Below, piece after piece: positions 54,951 through 64,000 of a DNA stretch of 64,000 nt. Location: contig CAXHJY010001087.1 in assembly GCA_964016885.1 (NCBI GenBank), positions 1 through 64,000 of the forward strand, written 5' to 3'. A program made the position numbers and the translations under genes. Origin of the DNA: Eledone cirrhosa (taxonomy: Eukaryota). The notes beneath the pieces are model-generated. The model searched no databases. It was not told the origin of the DNA and saw nothing but the letters and a program-made list of their open reading frames with translations. Numbering within the stretch: the stretch's first letter is position 1; each line of letters begins with the position of its first letter.

Positions 54951-55596
54951 AAACCAATAATAAATCGATAACAAAAAAGATCTTTGGTAATGAAGCAAAC
55001 AAAGATATTGACTAATTTGGATTATGTTAATTATGTTGATAATAGTTTCTTTGGATATTAATCAAACCCCTTTAATTTAATTCAATTATTTTATTTTTCT
55101 TGTCAGTGTTTAAAGTGTTGAGTAATGAGATATGAGTGTGTGTATGTATATATATATATATGTGTGTGTGTGTTTGTTCTAAATAGAAAACTGGCAGTGA
55201 CTTCGAAGTTTCAGCTTGGTCGCTTCACCTTTAAATACTACGGTATTTTAAACACACGATCTGACCAATCATTTATTGAAGACAAGAAGGAAGCAGTTAC
55301 CGTGTTTTGTTTTGTGTTGTTAGTATTTTTGTCTGTTTCTTGTTTTGTTTTTTTTACATTGCCTTAAAGCCGCCGGGCAGGCTTGAACACTGCTGTATCA
55401 TTTGTCAAACGAGAGAGAAGTGATTCTTGACCTTTCATGATAAACTTTCTTTTATTTATATTTATTTACTTATTTTTGTCAACAACATAAGTAATACTCG
55501 ACTTAAAAGAAAACTTGTAAATCACCTACCCTCTAAGTCTTTCTTTCTCTTCCGTTCTTTTCATTCATTCATTCGTTCATTCTTTCTTTCTTGAAG

Positions 55597-55652
55597 GTTC
55601 CGACACATATTTTAGCCAATTTGCTTCAGAGATGGAGGCGGTGCTGAAGAAG
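55597..55652 (+). CDS. Possible 56-nt host exon (xSDTYFSQFASEMEAVLKK)
   Basis: Long polypyrimidine tract + AG at 55595-96, open frame, AAG|GTTTGC donor; no homology recognised. Confidence 0.3.
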
Positions 55653-55654
55653 GT

Positions 55655-56385
55655 TTGCTCTGGTGCTGGTGGCGATTGTGGCAGTATTGAGTTGGTATAA
55701 TGGTGGAAGTGGTGGTTGCTATAGCTGTGGTGGTGGTAATGATAGTGTTACTGGTGATGGCAGCAGCGACGTTGTGGATGGTAGCGGTGGAGGGAGTTAC
55801 AGCTATGGTAAGTTAGATGGTGGTGGATAGTGTGGTGGCAGCAGCGACTTTGAGGACGATGGCGGCGGTGGTGGTGACGTTTTATCATGGTTGTTGCAGT
55901 GATACTGGTGGTGGTAGTGGTTTTATCATGGCAGTGCCAGTGGTGGTGATGTTTTATCATGGTTTTTGTGGTTGTAGTGGTGGTGGCAACAGCGACGTTG
56001 CAGACGATCGTGGTGATGGTGATAGTTGTGGTAAGTTAATTGGTGGTGGTTAAAGTTGTGCTAAGCTAGGTGATGGCGGTAGTTGTGGCGTTTTATTATG
56101 GCGGTTATGGTGATGGTAGTGAGGAGTGGAAGGGATGAACGGACGGTCGAACAGAGATAGTGAGGAGGTGGTAAATGGTAATGGTAGTGGTGTAGTTACA
56201 GTATTCGCGGTGATGGTAGTGGTAGCATTCATGTGTGATAGTCACGCTGGTGAGGAAAATCTTAGCAGTAACAGCGTTGAACTAGTATTGCATCGTGGGG
56301 TAGTAATATTGGTGTTGGCTTTACTGATAACGCCACTAGTAATTGTGGTAGTAGTAGTGTTGGTGGTGATGATCGTAGTAATAAT
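55655..56385 (+). repeat. Degenerate (GGT/GTG/GAT)n low-complexity tract
   Basis: Trinucleotide-rich, G/T biased. Confidence 0.8.
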
Positions 56386-57450
56386 TGTTGTTTAGCCCCA
56401 CATCAGCCCTGACCAAGCAGAATTATGATCAGAAGCGTTCTACCCATGGCCATCTTGTCTATGTTTTATTTTCAATCACAGTGAACCATGCTGAAGCACA
56501 TAAACCAATGTCCTTTTCTTAAGACAGTGAGTAAGATGGGAGAGAGATGTATTTGGTTGTTATTTCTAGCAAATTGAGCGGCCACATAGAGGTTTTCCTT
56601 GTTGATTTCAGTGGTTGTTGTTATTTTGGCTTCAGGCTGGTCAGCTTTGATTGAGCATACACATGGTCAAGTATATGCCAGCTATAACCATCTTGTCTTT
56701 TTGTAAATAGTAGTAGTAGTGGTAGTGGTAGTAGTAGTAGTAATAGACGGAGGTGGTGTCAGATGTTTTGACAATGCTGAGAGGTGGTCATGGAAGCAGT
56801 GATATAACTGTGGTGGTGGTTTTGATAGAAGAGTAGCAGTAGTCTGATGATTAAAAAGCACATTTTCTTGTTTAGCCCCAGGTCTATGATCTAAGGCATT
56901 CTAGTCATGACTATCCTTTTTTGTATTTTTGTATGACTGACTATATTGTGTGTTGACTAGATGTATTTTAAGCTTGGAGATATTCAGCTACTATTTCTAG
57001 CAAATGATTGACAAAGGGTTTGGGGAAGGGGATAGAAGTGGTGATAGTGGTTGTTGCAGTTGTTTAACCCCAGGTCAATCCTGATCAAGCACACCTAGGA
57101 TCAAAGCAGTTCTTGCCATGATCACACCTTTTATTCAGTGATTTTGTATTTAGACTCTCTATGCAATACATCATTTTTGTTAAGACAGTAAGACATGATT
57201 TGAGAGATATCTGGCTGCCATTTCTAGCATTAAAGGGACTAAGTAGAGTCTCCTGATAACCCATTGGTGATATTGTTTAACCCTAGTTCAACCTTGAATG
57301 GGCACACCCTTAATCAAGGGTGTTCCAGCTGCAATCATTCTGTCTTTTTATATATCAGAAACACCATACTCCAATGCATCCTTCTTTAATTAAAACTTGA
57401 TTTGAGGGATATTTGATTACTATTTCTAATAGATTAAGTAACCATGTAGT
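56386..57450 (-). mobile_element. Cluster of five co-oriented old SINE-like copies
   Basis: Recurring GTTGTTTAGCCCC...TGATC...GCATTC...TATTTCTAGC at ~56386, 56613, 56868, 57058, 57273. Confidence 0.65.
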
Positions 57451-57529
57451 TTCCCTCTTGAGCTCAGTATTTGTATCACTGTGAGAGGACCTCTCAGTTT
57501 GTCAAACTCCCTAATGTAGGTGATTTACA

Positions 57530-57982
57530 TGAAAAACACATCCAGTACACACTGTATCATGGTTGGTGTTAAGAACATACAGCCATAGAAAACTGGACAA
57601 AGAAAGGGTCTAGAGGACGTTTCATCTGTGTGAAAGACATGACAATCACCCTAGTGTTGGTCAACTACATGATAAATGCACCCAGTACACTCTGTAAAGT
57701 GGTTGGTAATAGGAAAGACATCCAGTTACAAAAAAAACTACCAAACAAAGGATTGGGAGGAGTTTTCAGTTATGTCAATCTCCCTAATGCGGATGCCATG
57801 ATAAAATGCCCTTGGTAGAGTGTGGGAACATTTATAAGTGAGATGTGGGCTCCCAGCCCACCCAAGCACATGAAAGAGTACATGAACATAAGCAAGATGC
57901 AGGCACCTCAGAAGTCAGTAGCTCCACTTGAAAACTGTCTAACCCTTGCTAGCAGGGAAAACGAACATTAAATGATGATGAC
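57530..57982 (+). mobile_element. Decayed non-autonomous RTE-derived element
   Basis: Two degenerate CACCCAGTACAC..TGTAAAGTGGTTGG..AGGAA motifs and terminal CTAACCCTTGCTAGCAGGGAAAACG..ATGATGATG. Confidence 0.6.
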
Positions 57983-58109
57983 AATATTAAGGTTATTGAA
58001 CAGCCTCAGATGGTAGTGAGTCTATTACTGTTGGTAGTGTGGACAAGGTCACACTGTAACTTACCCTTTTATGTCAGTGACAAGGAGAAGGAGGATGGAG
58101 CAATGATAG

Positions 58110-58383
58110 TTGTTCCTAATTTTGGCACAATGCCAGCAATTTGGGGTAGAGGTGGGAGGGCAATTAAATCATCCCTAGTACTTGACTGGTATTTTATCGA
58201 CTTCGACAGGTGAAGAGCATAGTTGATTAAATAAACCCCAGTATTTAACTTTACTTTATTGACCTTGGGAGGAGCAAAGGGCAAAGTTGATCTCAGCAGG
58301 ATTTGAACTTAGAACATAAAGAGCTGGAACAAATACAGCTAAGCATTTGCCTGACGCTCTAACAACTCTGCCAATCTACTGCC
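58110..58383 (-). mobile_element. Diverged tRNA-derived SINE, same family as 16821
   Basis: Minus strand GATTGGCAGAGTTGTTAGAG...GTTCAAATCC...AATTGCTGGCATTGTGCCAAAA. Confidence 0.7.
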
Positions 58384-58711
58384 CTCACATTGAGGGAAAT
58401 TTTTTTAGATAGTTTATTTAATATTCTCCGAATGAAATATGTCAACACTATCTTTGCTATTTGTTTTTCATGCAGATCATATCTCTGAATTGTTTGATCT
58501 CTCAAAACAATTCTATTGTATTTTCTGAAGCCAACCAATGTACAATCTTTTATATTAACTTTGTGGTGATTCCATAAACACGATGAGAGCTATGAACTTC
58601 TAATAAGGTCAGAGAAATGATCGACTTTTGTCAAATCGGACCGAGGAAACAATGTTTCCATTGGTCTTTCCAATTGCTAATATTATCTATCGGGCGCAAC
58701 TCCAGGTAGAA

Positions 58712-58829
58712 GGAGCAATGTGAAATAAAATGTCTTGCTCAAGGACACAACGCATCGCCTGGTCCAGGAATCGAACTCACAACCTCACAATTGCGAATCC
58801 AATTCTCTAACCACTCAGCCACACGCCTT
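58712..58829 (-). mobile_element. SINE head + CORE fragment related to 10939
   Basis: GGAGCAATGTGAAATAAAATGTCTTGCTCAAGGA...GAACTCACAACC...TAACCACTCAGCCA. Confidence 0.7.
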
Positions 58830-58929
58830 CAAAGGTCAGAATATGGCCAAAATATGTACAAAGCTGTCTTCCATAACTGCCAGAAAAATTAAATTAATAT
58901 TACAAATATTGGTTGAATTCTCCTTACAA

Positions 58930-59525
58930 GGATTCATCAACTCAGCTTCTGTGTGAACAAGGCAAAGTCCCTGCAGGTTTGAAAAATGCTATCATTGAAA
59001 TGCCACTCAAAAAGACAAAAAAAAAAAAAAAATACACACACAGTGTGGAAGCTATCTCTCTTCTCTCCAGTAATGGATTAAGCAGGTGGGGGACTGATTG
59101 GGTTGTAACTAGGGTAGGACCCACAATAATTAAAGAGCCTGAAATGATTTTTTCTTTTTTTTTTTGCTACAAAAAAATCTATATATATGCACAGACTCCA
59201 GTGAAGTTTTCAGCAATGAGCTTCACAATATTCAAAAGCCTCAAATGGATTTTTGCTTCCATAAATAATATACAAGATGTCCCACAACATTCAATCTACA
59301 CACTATAAGTGTGAGGGGCTACCATAAATAATATACAAGGATTCCTATTAAATTTTCAACCAGGGGCTCCATGCAATCTTAATCTATCCATGTTTCTCTC
59401 CACGACTATAAAAGTTCTCACTAGGATTCTTCTTGACAAACTGATTCCTCATTGCAGAACAAATGTGCCTGGAAGACCAAGGTGGGATGAGACTTGGTCA
59501 TCAAACTGTCCATATGATCTTCCCA
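58930..59525 (+). pseudogene. Very old RTE (BovB-like) RT fragments
   Basis: EQGKVPAGLKNAII..PLKK, AISLLS, KVLTRILLDKLIP in broken frames. Confidence 0.5.
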
Positions 59526-59569
59526 ATATCATTCTTTATATACAATTTTCTATGATCTTGTCAAGATTT

Positions 59570-62150
59570 TAGCTTGATTTCTACAACTGGATGCCCTTCC
59601 TAATGCCAATCACATTTACAGTGTGTACTGAGTACTTTTTATCATGACACCTACACAACCACTTCACAGTGTAGACTGGGTGTTTTTTGTTGTGATACCT
59701 ACACAAAACAATTTAATGTGTGGGCTGGGCACTTTTTGTCATGACACCTTCATGACCACTTTACAGTGTGGAGTGTGTGTGTGGGGGGGGGGCATGAGGA
59801 TTGGAGAGGTAGATCTAGAATGGGGAAGTCATTTAGTGAAATTTGAGGTGTTAAAACAAGGTAGGTGTATGGAAGCGAGCATGGGAAGGTAGCGGAAAGT
59901 ATTGCATACTAGATGTATGCTTCAATCCATGCACATGGGAAGGCATGTCTTCTGTATTAGTGCATAATGCTAGAGATCTCAGTACTGTGTCATCAACTTT
60001 GAGAGGTGCAATTGTACAGGGTCAGCCTTTATCACCTCATCCCAAGTCTTCCTACTCCATAGCTACCATCAACTTTGAGCACCCTGTACCTTTTTATACA
60101 ATTTTCATCCTTCATACACATCACATGTCCATACCAATGCAATCTCCTCTTCAGCACACTGCATCTGATCCCCTTTCTGCTCAATTTCTTTTCAATCTCT
60201 GCAAATCCTCTACACACAGTGGTCTCATGACCATGTAGCATTGCTGTTCGTATACATACATCAAACAGTCTGCCCTTCATTTTGAAGGAAAAATCTTTTG
60301 TAGCTTGCAATGATACTAGCTCCCCAAATTTTTTCCATCCCATTCTCACTCTGACTACTGTACTTTCGGAACATCCACCTCTACTGCTAATTTGGTCACC
60401 CAGGTAACACAATCTCTCAACTGCTTCTATGGAACATTCCAGGATTTTTATATCACTTGTTTCCTATGAGTGTTTGCTGCTTATTGCTCATGTGCAATGG
60501 CCACATGTAAAATCTACTTTCTTAGCTAGCTTACCTGAAATCTTACTACATCTCTAGTATACCCATAGTTTGCATTTAGGAGATAGGATGGAATTTCTAC
60601 TTACCCCTTTCCTACACACTGTGCAGGGCCATTTCTCTGAGGGATGTGGGTCTTGTTTTCTTTTCTACTAGGACTTTTGTTTTTGCCAAGTTGACTAAGA
60701 ACTTTTGATTCCAGGTTAGGAATTTATTTTCTAGTTCTGTTATAGATTCAGCTATGAGATTTAGATAATCAGCATACAGGAGTTTCCAAGTGCATCCCGT
60801 TTTAAACTCTTCTGTTATAGCCTGGAGAACAATAATAAACAGGAGAGGACCCTCACTAGTGGACCCTCACTTCCACTCTAAATCCATTGCTATAGTCATT
60901 AATAATTGTAACCATGCTGACAGCACCTCTGTATATGGCTTGTGCTACCCTCACAAGCCACTCTACTACTCCTAGTTTCCTAAGTTCCCACCAGATTACA
61001 GAACAGGGGACCCTGTCAAAAGCTTTCTCTAGGTCAACAAATGTCAAGTAGAGGGGTTTGCTTTTAGCTAGATACTTCTCTTGCAGTTGCCTCAAAAGGA
61101 AGAGGGCATCCGTAGTACTTTTTCCTGGCACAAATTTGAACTGCATCTCATCTAGATTAATTTGATCCCTAATCAGTTGTATAATGACTCTTTCTGTAAC
61201 TTTCATGACCTGGTCCATCAGTTTGATGTCTCGGTAGTTTCTCTTGTCTAGAGCATCACCTAATCATTGGGTATAGCAACATTTTGTATTACTTGGTTCA
61301 CAATATGGGTGGTTATGGAATGTCCTACCATCCCAGTTGCTCTCAGCAACTATACCTGATGGCACTGCTGCTTTGCCTATTTTCATGTCCTTAATTGGAG
61401 ACTTAGTGGTTGGAGCATTGGCCTTGCAATCGAAAGGTTGTGAGTTCAATTCTCAGACCGAGTGATGTGTTGTTTCCTTGAGCAAGACACTTTATTTCAT
61501 ATTTCTCCAGTTTACTCAGCTGTAGAAATGAGATGATAGGGACTGGGGTCCATATCATTCCACTGCAAAGTGGTCATGGAGGTGCCACGGCAAAAAAGCA
61601 ACTAGCACTCACTGTAAATGAGGTTGGTGTAAGGAAGGGCATCCAGCTGTAGAAATCAAGCCAGAATCAGTTCCCGTCCCACCCTTGCAAGCAGGGAAAA
61701 GCAGACGTAAAATGATGATGATGATGATGATTACCTTACCACACTGCTGCTGACTTGCACTTGGTTTCAGTGAGAGCAAGTGCACCATTGTAATCCTGGA
61801 CACACTTCTTCTCTACATCACTATTTTTCCTGACACTACCTTGCAATCCTGAACACCTCATGTCTTTGATCCTCATGTTATTAACATGATAAACTTTTTA
61901 CTTTCTTCTTCCCTCCTAAAAAAGTATACTTGTAAACTCATCTCTCTCTTAGCTACTTGGTAAAGTCTATGCTTCCTGCAGTTTTCACTCCTTCCATGCC
62001 TATCTCTTGGCATTCCACCACCAAGTCACTCTTCTACTCCTTGAACCTCTTCTCCAGTCACATACCTCATTTGTGGCCTTCAGTAGATAGTCTCTCAGGA
62101 ACTCCCACTGCTCCTATATATTGTATGTCACTATTTCTTCTTCCTTATTG
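59570..62150 (-). mobile_element. Old decayed RTE related to families A/B
   Basis: MDQVMKVTERV..FVDLEKAFDRVP, CYLGDQIS, LHWYGH fragments; 3' UTR motif at 59570-59640; interrupted by a SINE. Confidence 0.85.
61402..61731 (+). mobile_element. tRNA-derived CORE-type SINE nested in the old RTE
   Basis: Near-identical to 10939-11254; (GAT)n tail. Confidence 0.9.
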
Positions 62151-62161
62151 TCAATCTATGC

Positions 62162-62314
62162 CAGGTATGGGCAACCTTTTTAGAGCAGTGGGTTGCATAG
62201 GATGAGGCAGTCCACACTACTAAAAACATTTAAGGTAATTTTGAAATTAGGCATGCCATTCAGAAGGTCAAATGGGCCATGTGTGGCTTGTGGGCTGCAG
62301 TTTGCCTATGACTG
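62162..62314. mobile_element. Old hAT (Charlie-like) MITE
   Basis: Imperfect TIRs CAGGTATGGGCAAC / TTTGCCTATGACTG. Confidence 0.55.
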
Positions 62315-62910
62315 ATGTATAATGTAATCAATAGCATAAACCTCAGCTGGAATTCTCATCTATTATTGCTATGATGGGAGTATTTTCAACCAGAAAATGT
62401 TCAAAATCTTCAGACCAAGTTATCAGGAGTAGAAGAGCCTAAAAGAACACCTTATTATTTCACTACATACAATATCAAAGACAAGATGGTCATTGGCATT
62501 TAGATGGTGTGAGAAATTCAGTGACTGAGATGAATAAAGTTACAAATTTAACAACAGAGTGTATGTCTGATCTTTGGGGGTATCAAAAAAATACTTAGAT
62601 ACCTTTGAGTGTCTATTGATGTCAGCTATTTAGGTTGAAGTCCTCAAATAAGTGCATGCAGGGTTGATGTTAGCAAGGGCCTTGTCTCAGGGGGTACCAG
62701 GGGGACAAACCATCTTTTGTCCCTGCTACTCTTTCCCAATTAAAAAAAACAAAGAAAATCCCACTAACAAGTCATACATATGTATAATACATATTTTTAC
62801 ATGTTTATTTATGTGCATATATTTATATGAACCCTAAGTTGCAATCAGTATTGGATTTTGTTCGTTCAATATTTACATCCATTTGCTAAAAATTAAAAAA
62901 GATTAACTCA

Positions 62911-63060
62911 ACTGAAAGATTCTTTTACCGCTGTGCAGAGACTCAAAACTTGGCTGCGATCGACCAATACTCAGCAAAGGTTGAATTATATTCTGATATG
63001 CCACGTTCATAGAGATGTTTTGAAAAAGATTAGTTGTGAAGAAGTTGCTAAATTATTTGA
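62911..63060 (+). pseudogene. hAT transposase C-terminal dimerisation-domain fossil
   Basis: With one frameshift: TER.FTAVQRLKTWLRSTNTQQRLNYILICHVHRDVLKKISCEEVAKLF. Confidence 0.7.
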
Positions 63061-63393
63061 CAGCAATGATGGAAAGTTCTAATAGACAAAAATTTTACTT
63101 TACATTTTTTTTATTCAAAGTCTGTTTTATTTTTTATTATGATAAATTCTTTTTAAGCTTATTTTTTTATATCTGAACTTCATTTGAATATATAAAATTT
63201 AATTAGCGTAAAATTTTACTTATGTGATAGGCACCATAAGCAATACTAACATGCCCCTTTAAGAATCAACAAATGTTGGTTTGTCCCTCTCACATTTTTA
63301 AGGCAAATGAAGCCCCTGGATGCTAGCATCAAAGCCTACAAAACAACTACCTAAAATGTAGACATCAGTGCATCTACAAAGTATAACTAGGGC

Positions 63394-64000
63394 TATAATA
63401 ATAATGAAAATATTGTGTACAGTGCTCAGGTGCACTACAACTCATCAAAAGTGTATGTATAGTACATAGGGTAATGTACAAACGTCAGGAAAATGAACAG
63501 TGCATGAGTCATGATATACACATGTGTGCATGTGTATGGAAGGGGGACATCAGGTGTAGTTTTGGCGAATTTCGGGAAGCATGAGGGTTTTAAAGGATGC
63601 AGTGTCTCGGCAGCTAACAACTGACACAGGTAGTTTGTTCCATGCTTCAGCAACTCTAAGCGTGAAAAATGTTTCCGAAAGTCATGGGAGCTGTGCTGTT
63701 TTCTGACTTTGTAGGCATGTCCACGTGTGTTAGACACATGGAGATCAAAAAGGTGCTCAGGGTTGTTGTTGGCGAGATGGTTAATAACTTTGTGGGTGTT
63801 TACCAAGTCCATTGCCAGACGTCGGAGCTTCAATGAATCCATGCCCAGAGAAGCAAGGCGTTCAGAGTATGGTAGATGTCTGATGGAGGGTATGCTCTTG
63901 GTTGCACGTCTATGAATAGTTTTTTGGAGGTCAATGTTCTGAGTAAGATAGGGGTTCCAGACTGATGATGCGAATTCCAAGTGTGGTCGTACCATAGCTG
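63394..64000 (-). mobile_element. CR1-type LINE family 3, 3' part (runs off the window)
   Basis: MVRPHLEFASSVWNPY..TRGH; same 3' hairpin as 50500; (TTA)n tail. Confidence 0.9.

Noticed and set aside
55748-56395. His/Thr- and Val/Gly-rich ORFs
   Set aside because: Translations of a degenerate trinucleotide tract.
58476-58528. Second candidate exon after TTTTTCATGCAG
   Set aside because: No convincing donor site, reading frames close within a short distance, and no recognisable homology.

Overview
Eukaryotic, essentially gene-free DNA; the SINE types point to a cephalopod such as octopus (inference). Bases 1-~53,930 are a polar, compound AT-rich satellite, unit TTATAC(AC)0-3A(TA)n, holding about 25 mostly young insertions. 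These are three CR1/L2-type LINE families; three related RTE families (A, B, C) with a C4HC3 PHD-type finger inside the reverse transcriptase, one copy full length with a 1084-aa ORF; a fourth RTE-group family (T) whose two copies both show twin-priming-type 5' inversions; tRNA-derived SINEs; and a non-autonomous Helitron. Four unrelated 0.2-0.5 kb non-coding inserts each carry a hammerhead-ribozyme core: one textbook (18059-18118), one near-canonical (21536-21597) and two degenerate. They look like Penelope-type pLTR or retrozyme-like mini-elements and are the best candidate for an undescribed system. From ~53,930 to 64,000 the sequence is ordinary intergenic or intronic DNA with old decayed repeats and one possible 56-nt exon. 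The Ile/Tyr/His/Thr ORFs in the track are satellite artefacts. All family names are my own labels, assigned by eye without database searches.
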